A stretch of DNA of 64,000 nt. It comes from Octopus sinensis. Lineage: Eukaryota. This document shows, piece by piece, positions 49,546 through 60,582 of the stretch (position 1 is the first letter of the stretch; every line of letters begins with the position of its first letter). A program made the translations under genes and the position numbers. The notes under the pieces were generated by a model. The model was given only the letters and a program-made list of their open reading frames with translations. It did not search any database and was not told the DNA's origin. The DNA lies in assembly GCF_006345805.1 (NCBI RefSeq), contig NC_043012.1:54560001-54624000 (forward strand), given 5' to 3'.

Positions 49546-50324
49546 TTGAGGCAACAAACCTCTTACATAGTTCTAAGTAAAACATTAAGGAGGCAATAAA
49601 CCTCTTACAACACTAAAAGCCATTGTGAGGCAATAAACCTCTTACACAAGTCAATCACACAGCCACACCTGTGCCTTAAAGACGAAAGCTTTTTTAATAT
49701 TTATATCTACATTGTACTTCAATTGGTTTGATACATGTTTGTATCAGACCGGATTTTTACTAGAAACCTTTGTTTCTAAGTTAAGGCTTATAATGTTTTT
49801 ATGCATCAAGTCTTGTGTCTGGCCTTGTAAAGAATAGTGCTGCTACTTTTAATTTGCATCATATCTACTAACCATCACTCTCTCTTTCATGTTACTCAAT
49901 ATTGGCATCCATCACTCACTCTCTTTCTCTTCACCATCAGCCATCTGTATTCTTTCAAGCCTTCACTCTTTGCTGACATTCATCATTCTCTTTCACTTTC
50001 ATTTCTCCCTCTTCCCTCAATTTGTCTTTCTCCTATCTCTACCCCATTCCCCACTTTGTCCTTACACTGTTTTCATTTTGTTGAGTCTCCTTAACAACAA
50101 CCAACATATAGCTGCTTATCACTTTCTCTCTTCCCTACCACCCTCTCACCCTGGATCTCTCTCCACCCATTCAGTTGCATTTGCCTGTACGAATTAATAC
50201 ACATTGCATTAAGTTTGCTGTTCAGTGAAAAAGTCTTTCTGTTTTGTAAAGACTAAAGATTTTATAAGCTGGCTTATTGATTCAACCAGTTCATTTTTAC
50301 AACAGCTGAAAAACCTGATCCTCT

Positions 50325-50527
50325 TTTCTATTTTACTTGTTTCACTCATTTGACTGTGGCCATGCTGGAGCACTGCCTTTAGTCGAGCAAATCGACCCCA
50401 GGACTTATTCTTTGGAAGCCTAGTACTTATTCTATCGGTCTCTTTTGCTGAACCGCTAAGTTACGGGGACGTAAACACACCAACATCGGTTGTCAAGCGA
50501 TGTTGAGGGGACAAACACAGACACACA

Positions 50528-50579
<52 letters not shown>

Positions 50580-50775
50580 TATATACACATATATATATAC
50601 ACATATATATACATACGATGGGCTTGTTTCAGTTTCCATCTACCGAATCCACTCACAAGGCTTTGATTAGCCTGAGGCTACAGTAGAAGACACTTACCCA
50701 AGGTGCCACACAGTGGGAATGAACCCGGAACCATGTGTTGGTAAGCAAGCTACTTCCACACAGCCACTCCTGCAC
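50325..50775 (-). mobile_element. SINE S1
   Basis: Reverse-complement homology, expanded internal (AT)n. Confidence 0.85.
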
Positions 50776-50983
50776 CTGATTGATTAAATGATACAAAAAT
50801 CAAGTATTTCTTAATTTCAAAATCTGTTTTTGCCTTTATGAATACTGGAACATAATAGATGTCATTAGATTTTGCATGTCAAAGAGTTGGAACTTGGTGG
50901 TTTTATCTTGTGACAGCATATACTTTGATGTCCCTTATGTTCTTCTTTTGTGATCCTGATCATAACTTTTATTCCTTTTCTAG

Positions 50984-51078
50984 AGCTGGTGGACTGTTGG
51001 TTGGTCAGTTGGATCGAATCAGCTTTTATGAGAGAAAACCTAACAACAAATATGAAGTTCATCTTCTTCCTTTGGAAG
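50984..51078 (+). CDS. RFWD3: RFWD3 coding exon 11 (AGGLLVGQLDRISFYERKPNNKYEVHLLPLE)
   Basis: ccttttctag| ... G|GTAAGA, phase 2 to 1. Confidence 0.92.
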
Positions 51079-51596
51079 GTAAGACTTAAAACTGAACATA
51101 TAAGGGTAAAGAAAGTCTCTAGAACTGTTGCACTGGTGATGGTCTACTCAGGCATGGATCAGGCTGGAAATAAAACCAGAAGTGATGCTTAGTGTTTGTT
51201 GGTGTGGTTATGTCATAAGATGAAACGGATAGAAATTAATGCTTCAGCAAGAGGCTCTTTATTAAATAAGGTATTATTCTCTCATGAAAGATTTTACCTC
51301 GTATATTTCACCATCATACACTGATTTTTGGCTTTAGACACTGAATTCTCCAACTTTTCTGTGTTCACATTTTTACCTTTACCTCTTCTTGTTGATCTCA
51401 CAAATATTTCTACAAACTTGTAGAAAAGTCCTGAAGACAATAAATTCCTTTTAAATATACCTCGGAGGTTGCTCATTATAATTGTGGTAATATCATCAGT
51501 CAGTTATTGTAATTAAAAAGACTTCATCTCAAAATGATCACAATAAGCAGATTCCATTGTAATGTGGATAAGCAGATTCATTAGAGTATTAGAAAA

Positions 51597-52138
51597 AATG
51601 CTTTGCTTGAGAAGACCCGGCAAGCCAAGTGAGACCATAACCTCGTAGCCTACGCCAGGGGTGTAACCAGTCCACTTATGTGTACCTTGCCGTCATCGGA
51701 CACTAAACTCTGCTTGCGAAAACCTGTTGAGGCAAGTGAAATTGAAATCAAATTCGATGACTGGCATCCACGCTAGTGGAGTGCTAAGAGCACCATTCGA
51801 GCGTGATCGTTACCAGCGTCGCCTTACTGGCACGTGAAAAAGCGAGCGAGGTCGTTGCCAGTTCCGCTGGACTGGCTCTTGTGCAGGTGGCATGTAAAAA
51901 ACACCATTTGAGCATGGCTGTTGCCAGTACCACCTGACTGGCCCTTGTGCCGGTGGCACGTAAAAGCACCCACTATACTCTCGGAATAGTTGGCATCGGG
52001 AAGGGCATCCAGCTGTAGAAACTCTGCCAGATCAGGTTGGAGCCTGGTGCAGCCATCTGGTTCGCCAGTCCTCAGTCAAATCGTCCAACCCATGCTAGCA
52101 TGGAAATCAGACGTTAAACGATGATAATGATGATGATG
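51597..52138 (+). mobile_element. RTE LINE 3' fragment
   Basis: Starts at the ORF end (...LEKTRQAK*), full 3'UTR, (GAT)n tail. Confidence 0.88.
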
Positions 52139-52384
52139 ACCTTGCAGTATTTCATTGTACACATTTATGTTGTGAAATCAAATCTTTTTACGGTCAGTTT
52201 TGCCTTTCATCCTTCAAAGGTAACAAAATAAGTTGCAATCAGATACTTATTTTTTGTGATTGTGATGGAGGAATGAAAATGAAATTTGTAATTGACCGCT
52301 CATGGAAAGACGAGTAAATATCATAAATTGTCCATCCTGATATTCTGTCAATTCAATTTGATTTATTTGTTCAATGGCTCATGT

Positions 52385-52840
52385 CCATCATCATCATCAT
52401 ACGTCCACTTTCCATGCTAGCATGGGTTGGACGATTTTGACTGAGGGCTGGCGAACCAGATGGCTGCACCAGGCTCCAATCTTGATCTGGCAGAGTTTCT
52501 ACAGCTGGATGCCCTTCCTAACGCCAACCACTCCGAGAGTGTAGTAGGTGCTTTTTACGTGCCACTGGCATGGAAGCCAGTTGACTGCTGTGGCAATGAT
52601 CACGCTCGGATGGTGCTCTTGGCAACTTACTAGCATGGGCATAAGTGCCAGTAAGGCAACGCTGGAAACGATCACTCTCGAATGGTACCCTTTAAGTGCC
52701 ACCGGCACGGAAGCCGGTTAGCCACTCTGTCAATGATCATGCTCGTATGGTGCTCTTTGCACCCTGCTAGCACGGACGCCAGTCATCGAGTTTGATTTTG
52801 ATTTTGCTTTTGATTGATTTCATTTGCCTCAACAGGTCAA
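52385..52840 (-). mobile_element. RTE 3'UTR fragment
   Basis: (CAT)n, CCATGCTAGCATGG, GGATGCCCTTCCTAACGCCAACC. Confidence 0.88.
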
Positions 52841-52950
52841 ACACTAAAATTGGTGGCTGAGCACCAAATCTCAAATTAAATTCTAGAAATTCTTCTTTTC
52901 TCAATATTTTTATCAGCTTATGTTTATTTTATTTCATTTTTGTCTTAAAG

Positions 52951-53042
52951 GTAACCTCACGAGTTTATTTTTTGAAACTCATACAAGACAGTTATTGGCA
53001 AGTTTTAGGAATTCTACCAAATTTCCCAAGGTCCGGCATATG
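52951..53042 (+). CDS. RFWD3: RFWD3 coding exon 12 (NLTSLFFETHTRQLLASFRNSTKFPKVRHM)
   Basis: ttttgtcttaaag| ... |GTGAGT, phase 1 to 0. Confidence 0.9.
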
Positions 53043-53771
53043 GTGAGTGACGCAAAAACAAAATAATATATATTGTGCAGATAACAATGTTTGTTGGTTC
53101 ATTGACCTCACTGGTTCACAAATTGTGCACTGTGAGGGGTGTCTAGCATGTCATAGATTTTTTAAAGTATTGGGTTGTCCGGAAAGTTCATGCCGATTTA
53201 TAGTAGCTTACCTTTCGATTTATTTTAGAACATGGTTGAGTCCATAAAATAGGATTTGACTACACCTCCATTTAGAGCACAGTTTAAGCTATCTTTTCGT
53301 GGAAGAAGGTTTATGTTCCTGTAACCTGTGTCAATTCTGTAACCCTTTAAAATGGAAGATAAGAAAGTTCATTTTCGGCACTTGATGCTTTGGGAACCAG
53401 ACAAAAATTGCTGCAGCTCGGCTGGGATGTGTTACCCCACCCTCCAACATGTATCTGCTGCATTGACCACAGTAACTGAAACATTTATATATATATAAAT
53501 TAGAAAAAAAAAAAAAACATCTTTTATCAATTCAATAATGAAAAATTAAATTATACCATTTAGAAATATTACATATTATAGAAATATATATATATATATA
53601 TATATACCAAATATATACGTTTTATTTAATATTTTGCGCATTACTTAATCATTGTTATATGTTTTATCTTATATTTAATCTTTCTATAATTGTAATTTTT
53701 CTAAATGGTATAATTTAATTTTTCATTATTGAATTGATAAAAGGTGTTTTTTTTTCTAATTTATCTCTATA

Positions 53772-54117
53772 TATATAAACGGCAAAATGTCTGAGTGTGT
53801 GTCCTTTATACAAATTCAGTTAGAGGGCTTGCACTTTCTATGGTCATTCAAAACCGTCCAAGGGTGCTCGTGCACATCTTTACATTTCTCCAGTCACCCC
53901 GCAAAGCCATTAAAAGATCATTAGAAGTGATTTTTGGTGAATTTTCTATCCAAAACCCAATCAAAATGCCCGAAACTTGATATGCCAATTGAATGCCAGC
54001 TAGCTGTATGTGATTGGTCAGAGATTTGGACAGTACTCGCGTGTATGTGCGCACGCACACAGCTATATATGCATGCACAAGCACGATGACCCAGCAATGC
54101 CGGGTCATAGTGCTAGT
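53772..54117 (-). mobile_element. Helentron/HINE-like element, related subfamily
   Basis: ACTAGCACTATGACCCGGCATTGCTGGG terminus on the minus strand. Confidence 0.5.
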
Positions 54118-54232
54118 ATATATATATTATATTTTGTGAAATTTGATTTAGTATTTCTTAATTGAATTTTCCCTGTAAGTTTGGAATAATATTTACTCAT
54201 ATTATATATATATATATATATATTATACTATA

Positions 54233-54416
54233 TTTAAAAGCAGCAGAAATATAACAAAAGCTTAGTCAGAGTTTCACGTTCCCATTTGTCAGACTGTTTA
54301 TGATTAGATGCCCTTTCTAATACCAACTATTGTTTTTTTTTTTAACAAAACTGCCTGACGAACAGGAATATGCAACTCTGAGTAACAGCTTTTGTTATAT
54401 TTCTGCTGCTTTTAAA
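54233..54416. ncRNA. Inverted pair of degenerate minimal (type I) hammerhead ribozyme motifs, probably from a PLE pLTR
   Basis: Plus: CTGACGA-ACAGGAATAT-GCAA-C-TCTGA-GTA (54355-54384). Minus: CTGACAA-ATGGGAACGT-GAAA-C-TCTGA-CTA. Flanked by a perfect 30-bp inverted repeat. Confidence 0.6.
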
Positions 54417-54507
54417 TAAATATATTACTCTACCTCTGGTATTTGAGTACTCTTTTTTTCCCCCTTGTTTCACATTTATGTGCTTACTCCGGTATATATA
54501 TATATAT

Positions 54508-54825
54508 GTGGAGGCACACACAATGGCCCAGTGGTTAGGGCAGCGGACTCGCGGTCATAGGATCATGGTTTCGATTCCCATACCGGGCGTTGTGAGTGTT
54601 TATTGAGTGAAAACACCTAAAGCTCCACGAAGCTCTGGCAGGGTAGTGGTGGCGAACCCTGCTGTACTCTTTCGCCGCAACTTTCTCTCATTCTTTCTTC
54701 TGTTGGCCTACCCGCTTCAGCCAGCGAGGTGGCGTCATTTGAAGGCTAAAACAATGCGAAGCGCATTGTAACCGGCGATGTGTAGCAACATCTGATAGCC
54801 TGGTCGGTCACAGTGATCACGGTGA
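54508..54825 (+). mobile_element. SINE S3
   Basis: Same head and body. Confidence 0.85.
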
Positions 54826-55128
54826 TATATATATATATATATATATAGACATAGTTGTAACTGAACACAATTTGCAGTGAATTCAATGCTTCCAGGTCAG
54901 ACCGTATACAGCAATATGCTTCTACTACAGTAACTTAATCTGTTAAAAATAGCAGTCAAATCTCCTAAAAATTACCCGTCCAGGATTCAGTGAAGAATAC
55001 ATTGGATAATATAGTCACTAATATATGTGTGTGTGTGCTAGCAACATAGGCACTATTAATACTGAGAGGTAATACTTATCTCTGCTTAAATTTGGATGTT
55101 CTGTAACTGTTTCTTTCTCAATCTCTAG

Positions 55129-55302
55129 GTATGTGAAATGACAGCAAATGTTTCTGATGACCACAATATTTGTAGCTGTAATGTTATCCAGACATTTCAT
55201 GGTAGCTCTCCACAGACGTTACTCTCCAGAACATCATTGGTTAAACATCCCAATGACAAAAATCGACTTTTGATATGTGCCAATGAAGAATTAGCATGTG
55301 CG
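55129..55302 (+). CDS. RFWD3: RFWD3 coding exon 13 (VCEMTA...ICSCNVIQTFHGSSPQTLLSR...NEELACA)
   Basis: ctctag| ... |GTAAGA. Resembles RFWD3 ICSCQPVHTFFGGPTCKLLTK. Confidence 0.92.
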
Positions 55303-56160
55303 GTAAGATTATAAAAATAAAGAGACAAAATTTCCAATAATGCTATTTTTATTCTTACATTAGAATGATAAAAAAAATTATTAATTTATTAAGATTTATT
55401 TCAAGAATATCACTAAAACTTGTTGTATATACAACTACTTTGTAATAGCTTAGTTCTGAAATGAAACAAGCAAGCCTTTTGATTGCACCCTATGAGCTTA
55501 AAAAGAGAGAAAAAAACTTAACATTATTGGAGAATGTGATATTTTTTAAGAACAAAAGTAATGGAATGGGCAATGCACTTTTATCTTAGGTCTGTTGAGC
55601 CAGTTGTTACCCTTACATGATGCAGATGAATCAAGTCTTATCCTAAACAGCAATGTCAGTTTCTCTCACAGTAGTTCTGAAATGGTGCACCATGAACTTT
55701 TGAAAATATAATTTAAAGGCTTTAGAAAATCCACAAGTTAGTTATACACAAATATGTTTACTAATAAGCAATAGGTCTCTATGCGATATGCTCCAGTAAT
55801 TTTTTTAATGATCTCTGGTATACCAGAGTTTTGAGACATATCTATACATCTTTTCCATAAGAAGTTCTATGACAGGCCAAAGAATTGTTTCCAGACACAC
55901 AAAGAATCTGCAGATTGAACTCACAACTCAAGAGTTGCTTTGCTACTAGCACCACCAACTTTGGCTGTTAGACATTGGAAGTGTCAAAACAGTTGCTTGG
56001 CTTTTCTGTCTTTCATTGCTTAACCAGAGTCTCTGAGACTTGTCAGCAGAAATCTTCTGGCCCAATATCTGACTCAAATGCTTGCAGTTGTCTCTGCTAA
56101 AGGCATACTGGGGCCAGGCACTCGCAGTTCACCGTACCACCTTTAGCTATTTAAAAATTT

Positions 56161-56527
56161 GGATCTTTCCGGTTTGAACAGCAGTTTTTAAAAATAATTT
56201 CCACGTAGCTAAACATTTTAAAACTTCGTATACTGGTAGAATGTGTTTATAAAACATCTTTTTCTCTTGGCTTTATTGAGAAAATTCTATAGTTTGTAAG
56301 ATATTTATTGTTTTTCTTCAATTTCAACCAATCAATGACATCTATTGAGGTGAAAACATTCTGTGCCGCATGAATATGTCCCTCGTTTAAGAAACAGATT
56401 GGGTTTATTTACATTTCTGAAGAAAAAAAAGATCCCCTAACCCTAAAACAGATTGAAATGCAATAGATACTAGGGTCATAATTATGGGTGACAATTTCAT
56501 ATGACACTGTTCAAACTGAAACGATCC
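56161..56527. mobile_element. Merlin-like MITE, copy 3
   Basis: Same family as 14392-14800, TSD AAAAATTT/AAAAATTC. Confidence 0.8.
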
Positions 56528-56581
56528 AAAAATTCAAATATGGCAATGAATTGTACTGATACATCTCTCTTTATATTTCAG

Positions 56582-56737
56582 GTTAATATTTGGGATGGAA
56601 AAACCTTTCAATATGTCCAAAAGTTATCTTGTGGATCTCCTGTTCTTGATATTTGCTCCATCTCCACAAAAGACAACCATTATCTCCTAGCTTTAACAGA
56701 AAAACAAGTGAAACTTCACAAATGGTCTGAATCATAA
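56582..56737 (+). CDS. RFWD3: RFWD3 coding exon 14, last (VNIWDGK...PVLDICS...LLALTEKQVKLHKWSES*)
   Basis: tatttcag| ... TAA. Matches the RFWD3 C-terminus PVLDIC...YLATLTEKMVHIYKW. Confidence 0.95.
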   Translation, partial: VNIWDGKTFQYVQKLSCGSPVLDICSISTKDNHYLLALTEKQVKLHKWSES

Positions 56738-56914
56738 ATTCCTTGGACACGTATACATCACTACTTATTATGGAGAGAGAGAGACTATCATATGTAAATT
56801 CGAAGTGAAACTGTCTTCTGCGAAGTTATTTCTCACTCAGTATTTCATTGAGGACATTGTTATAGCTCTTGGTTGAGAATGGGCGGAGTGAACACTTTTA
56901 CAATTTAATTTTGT

Positions 56915-56920
56915 ATTAAA
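56915..56920 (+). promoter_or_regulatory. Candidate polyadenylation signal (ATTAAA) of RFWD3
   Basis: Variant hexamer ~180 nt after the stop, with a GT-rich tract (ttgtgttgtg) ~40 nt downstream. Confidence 0.4.
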
Positions 56921-57249
56921 ACTATTTTTTAAAGAAACAATATTTGTTTTCAAACTTGTGTTGTGCCTGCTTTTCGGCTGTTTATTGTAGATTCATCCCT
57001 TTCATGCAAAGTACCTTTTCCAAGCTGACATTGGTAAGCCAAGACATCTTTTCAGCAGTATTTTATGATTAGATGCCCTTTCTAATACCAACTGTTGTTT
57101 TTCAAGGAAAGTTTGGTTTGATCAAGTGATACCACTGGATGAAACATTTTATTTATTGGATCATGAATTTGCACAAAGCTATCAATACAAAGGCAAATGG
57201 AAACACATAGAGCCTCCAGTGTGTGCTTTTAATTGTATATATAGTGCAG

Positions 57250-57530
57250 ATGTGGAGGCACAATGGCCCAGTGGTTAGGGCAACAGACTTGCGGCTTCGA
57301 TTCCTAGACCAGGCGTTGTGTGTGTTAATTGAGTGAAAACACCTAAAAGCTCCACGAGGCTCTGGCAGGGAGTGGTGGCAACCAGTTGTACTTTTTCGCC
57401 ACAACTTACACTCATTCTCGTCCTTTTTCTTAGGTAACGCTGCGATGGACTGGCATCCCGTCCAGCTAGGGGGAACACATACGTCACAGAAACCAGGCCC
57501 ATGAGCCTGGCTAGGCTTGAAAAGGGCAAC
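57250..57530 (+). mobile_element. SINE S3
   Basis: Same head and body. Confidence 0.85.
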
Positions 57531-57824
57531 GAAATTGGTCGAAAATCGAATATAGTGCAGATATGGAAGTTATTACTGGCATACCCTAAACACTACAGGA
57601 AGCTGTTTTTGAAATTATACTTCAATTTGATTCATTTTAATTATCCACTCATATGTACTTCCTGTTGCTAACCCTCACCTGTTTTGCAAGGTAATATTCT
57701 CTACATGTTTATATGGATCGGAAACAAAGAACACTATATAAGGGTGGCACTCGTTTACAATTATCACAAACGGTCAATACAGTAACACACAACGGGTTTT
57801 GGTCATTTAAGATTCCTTATTTCT

Positions 57825-58180
57825 TTAATGCCCACAAGGGGCTACACACAGAGGGGACAAAAGGATTAAGTTGATTACCTCAACACCAGGGCATAACTGG
57901 TACTTAATTTATCAACCCTGAAAGGATGAGGCAAAGTCGACCTTGGCAGAATTTGAACTCAGAACTTAACGGCAGACGAAATACCTATTTCTTTATTACC
58001 CACAAGGGACAAACAAGGACAGACATAGGTATTAAGTCGATTACATCGACCCCAGTGCGTAACTGGTACTTAATTTATCGACCCCGAACGGATGAAAGGC
58101 AAAGTCGACCTCGGCAGAATTTGAACACACAACGTAACGCAGACGAAATATCGCTAAGCATTTCACCTGGCGTGCTAACG
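57825..58180 (-). mobile_element. Two adjacent SINE S2 copies
   Basis: Core present twice in reverse complement. Confidence 0.8.
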
Positions 58181-59466
58181 TTTGGTCGTTTAAGATTCCA
58201 CAGTGGAAGTGAACCTGAGGTAAAACCCCATTGAACTAGTTAGAATTCCAGTCATGAGTTGGTATTTAAATAGTATTTTTTATTTATTTCAGTCACTAGC
58301 AGTATAACCTGGCCTTAAGTTACAATTATCAGGCTGATCAAGTTCTTTATTTCAAACTAAACTAAGTAATATCGACTCTTAACAAAACACTTTTTTACTC
58401 GGCATAAAATAAAAACAAAACTCTTTCGCACCCAAAGTAATGTGTGAGAGAGAGGGGGGGGAGAAGGATGAACGATTTAAAATAAATATATTGTAATTGT
58501 TGTGTGAGAAAGTATATATACTATGATTATAAAATATAGTGTCTTGAACACTATATCTCGTGTTTAAGAAAAAACAAAACATTTTATTTTTTATGAACGT
58601 TGTCACTTACTCTTTCTCTCACTTTGTCTTTCCCGTGAAACTCTGCTCCTCTTCCACTTTTCTTTATACTTTTTTTTTTGTTAGACGCTGTCAAAAAGCT
58701 ATGGCTAAAAATAGAATTTTACCGCTATCCGCAAGTGCCTCGGGATAAAAATAAGTTGACAAAACCCAGATAGGGTGTTGACGAATGTCCTCCTAAAATT
58801 GGAGCGACATGCGTGCTAATTTGTGGATGTGCATAAATTACAATCACGTACACGCCTGCCTTTTAGATATGATTAGACTGCAGCCATGATGGAAACACCA
58901 CAGCTTGAAGAACATCTTAGTTGAATCAATCGACACCAGCATTTACATTTTTTAAGCCAGGTACTTATTCTATCACTCATCACAAACACAGGTGACAGGC
59001 TTCTTTCTGTTTCCAAATCTACTCACAAAGCTTTAGTCAACCTGAGACTATAAAGGACCCTTGAGCAAAGGTGCCACAGTAGGGACTGAACTCAGTACCA
59101 TGTGGCAGGGACACAAGCTTGTTACCACAGCCACATTGCAACCATCTTGTAGTGACTAGCAACTGATTCTTTGCAAACTTACAACCAACAATACTATTGC
59201 TCACATCCAATAAAGAACTGCTGAAAATAACTAAAAACCACCGTAACCTGCTTGATACCATACTCTTGTTGAAAACCCCTTCATCTCAGTTAATTCTTAA
59301 AATTTTGAATTTACTAAAATAACTTATTAAGCTGGTGTCGAACATTTTGATGAAAGATTTTTAGTTCACTTTAAAAATACTAAGTTTGCAGTGCAGAACC
59401 ACAGCTGATCAAAGGTGGGTTGGTATGAAAAAGGCTTAATATACCAACAAGCCAAAGTGGGTTTAA

Positions 59467-59834
59467 CCCTTTAGTGTTCAGATTATTCTGTTAAATGTAA
59501 TACTTTTTCACTCAAATTGTTTTGAATTGATCATGCATTATCTTATAGCTTTGAGGTTTCAATGATATGATTGTTTACTTTTAGAATGTCAATGTAGGTT
59601 AGGTGTGAGAGGCTAGATATGGCCAGTTTGAATATAAAACATAGAATAGTTGGGCCGGTTTAAGCACTAAAGGGTTAACCTTTCAGCATTTAAACTGGCC
59701 AAATCTGCCCTTTCACATCTCCTCTACAATGTCATTCTAAAAAAAACATCCACATCAAACTCTTGAAGCTTCAAGATGAGTCATGATTAACCCAAGACAA
59801 TGTGAATAAATAAGCAATAGATTTGATACAAGGG
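59467..59834. mobile_element. Two adjacent piggyBac-type MITEs (type A) sharing a TTAA
   Basis: TTAA at 59463, 59675 and 59835, with CCCTTT/AAAGGG-type ends. Confidence 0.7.
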
Positions 59835-60082
59835 TTAAACAACTAATCTAAATTCAGTAAGTTTTACTAAAAAATTGAAATATTTCATGTTTGATGAGAG
59901 TTCAAGAGCAAGCTAAACATATCAGGAATAACTTGAAACCTGAAGAAAACTATAAATATAGGCCATGGAAACTATTTATATGCCTACACAGCTAATAGCA
60001 CACACATGCTATAAATGCCTCAAAGCTGGTGGAATACAAAATGAGGCTTAATAGCAAAGAAACCATTAGAAAATTCTAACAG

Positions 60083-60327
60083 GCATAGGAGTGGCTGTGT
60101 GGTAAGTTGCTTGCTTACGAACCAGATGTTTCTGGGTTCAGTCCCACTACGTGGCACCTTTGGCAAGATATATATGTGTATGTTTGACCCCCCAACGTCG
60201 CTTGACAACCGATATCCCCATAACTTAGTTGTTCAGCAAAAGATACTGATAGAATAAGTCCTGGGGTCGATTTGCTCGACTAAAGGCAGTGCTCCAGCAT
60301 GGCCAAAGTCAAATGACTGAAACAAGA
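60083..60327 (+). mobile_element. SINE S1, internally deleted
   Basis: Homology to 5010-5421. Confidence 0.8.
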
Positions 60328-60371
60328 GAGCACAAGAAAAAGATTTTCTCTTCAGAGAAGAATGATGTTAA

Positions 60372-60578
60372 CCCTTTTATTACCATATTTATTTTGAGAT
60401 GACCTGTGTTTTCACTTAATTATACATATAACAAAGAATTTAGTTATTACACTAGCGTTAGGAATATAAATTGTGACTAAGGTTTGGTGGAAGATTCTGA
60501 TTCAGAACTTACAAAAACAAAACATTTGTACTAACTATAGAGCCAGAGGCAGTTTCAACCAGGTTGGTATTGAAAGGG
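60372..60578. mobile_element. piggyBac-type MITE (type B)
   Basis: TTAA-CCCTTT...AAAGGG-TTAG. Same family as 24589-24802. Confidence 0.75.
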
Positions 60579-60582
60579 TTAG

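Noticed and set aside
49548-49646. CRISPR array
   Set aside because: Only three 20-nt repeats, unequal short spacers, no cas genes, eukaryotic intron, and the repeat resembles a SINE head.
51294-51476. Minus-strand 60-aa ORF as a nested gene or retrocopy
   Set aside because: No recognisable homology, splice context or poly(A)/TSD.
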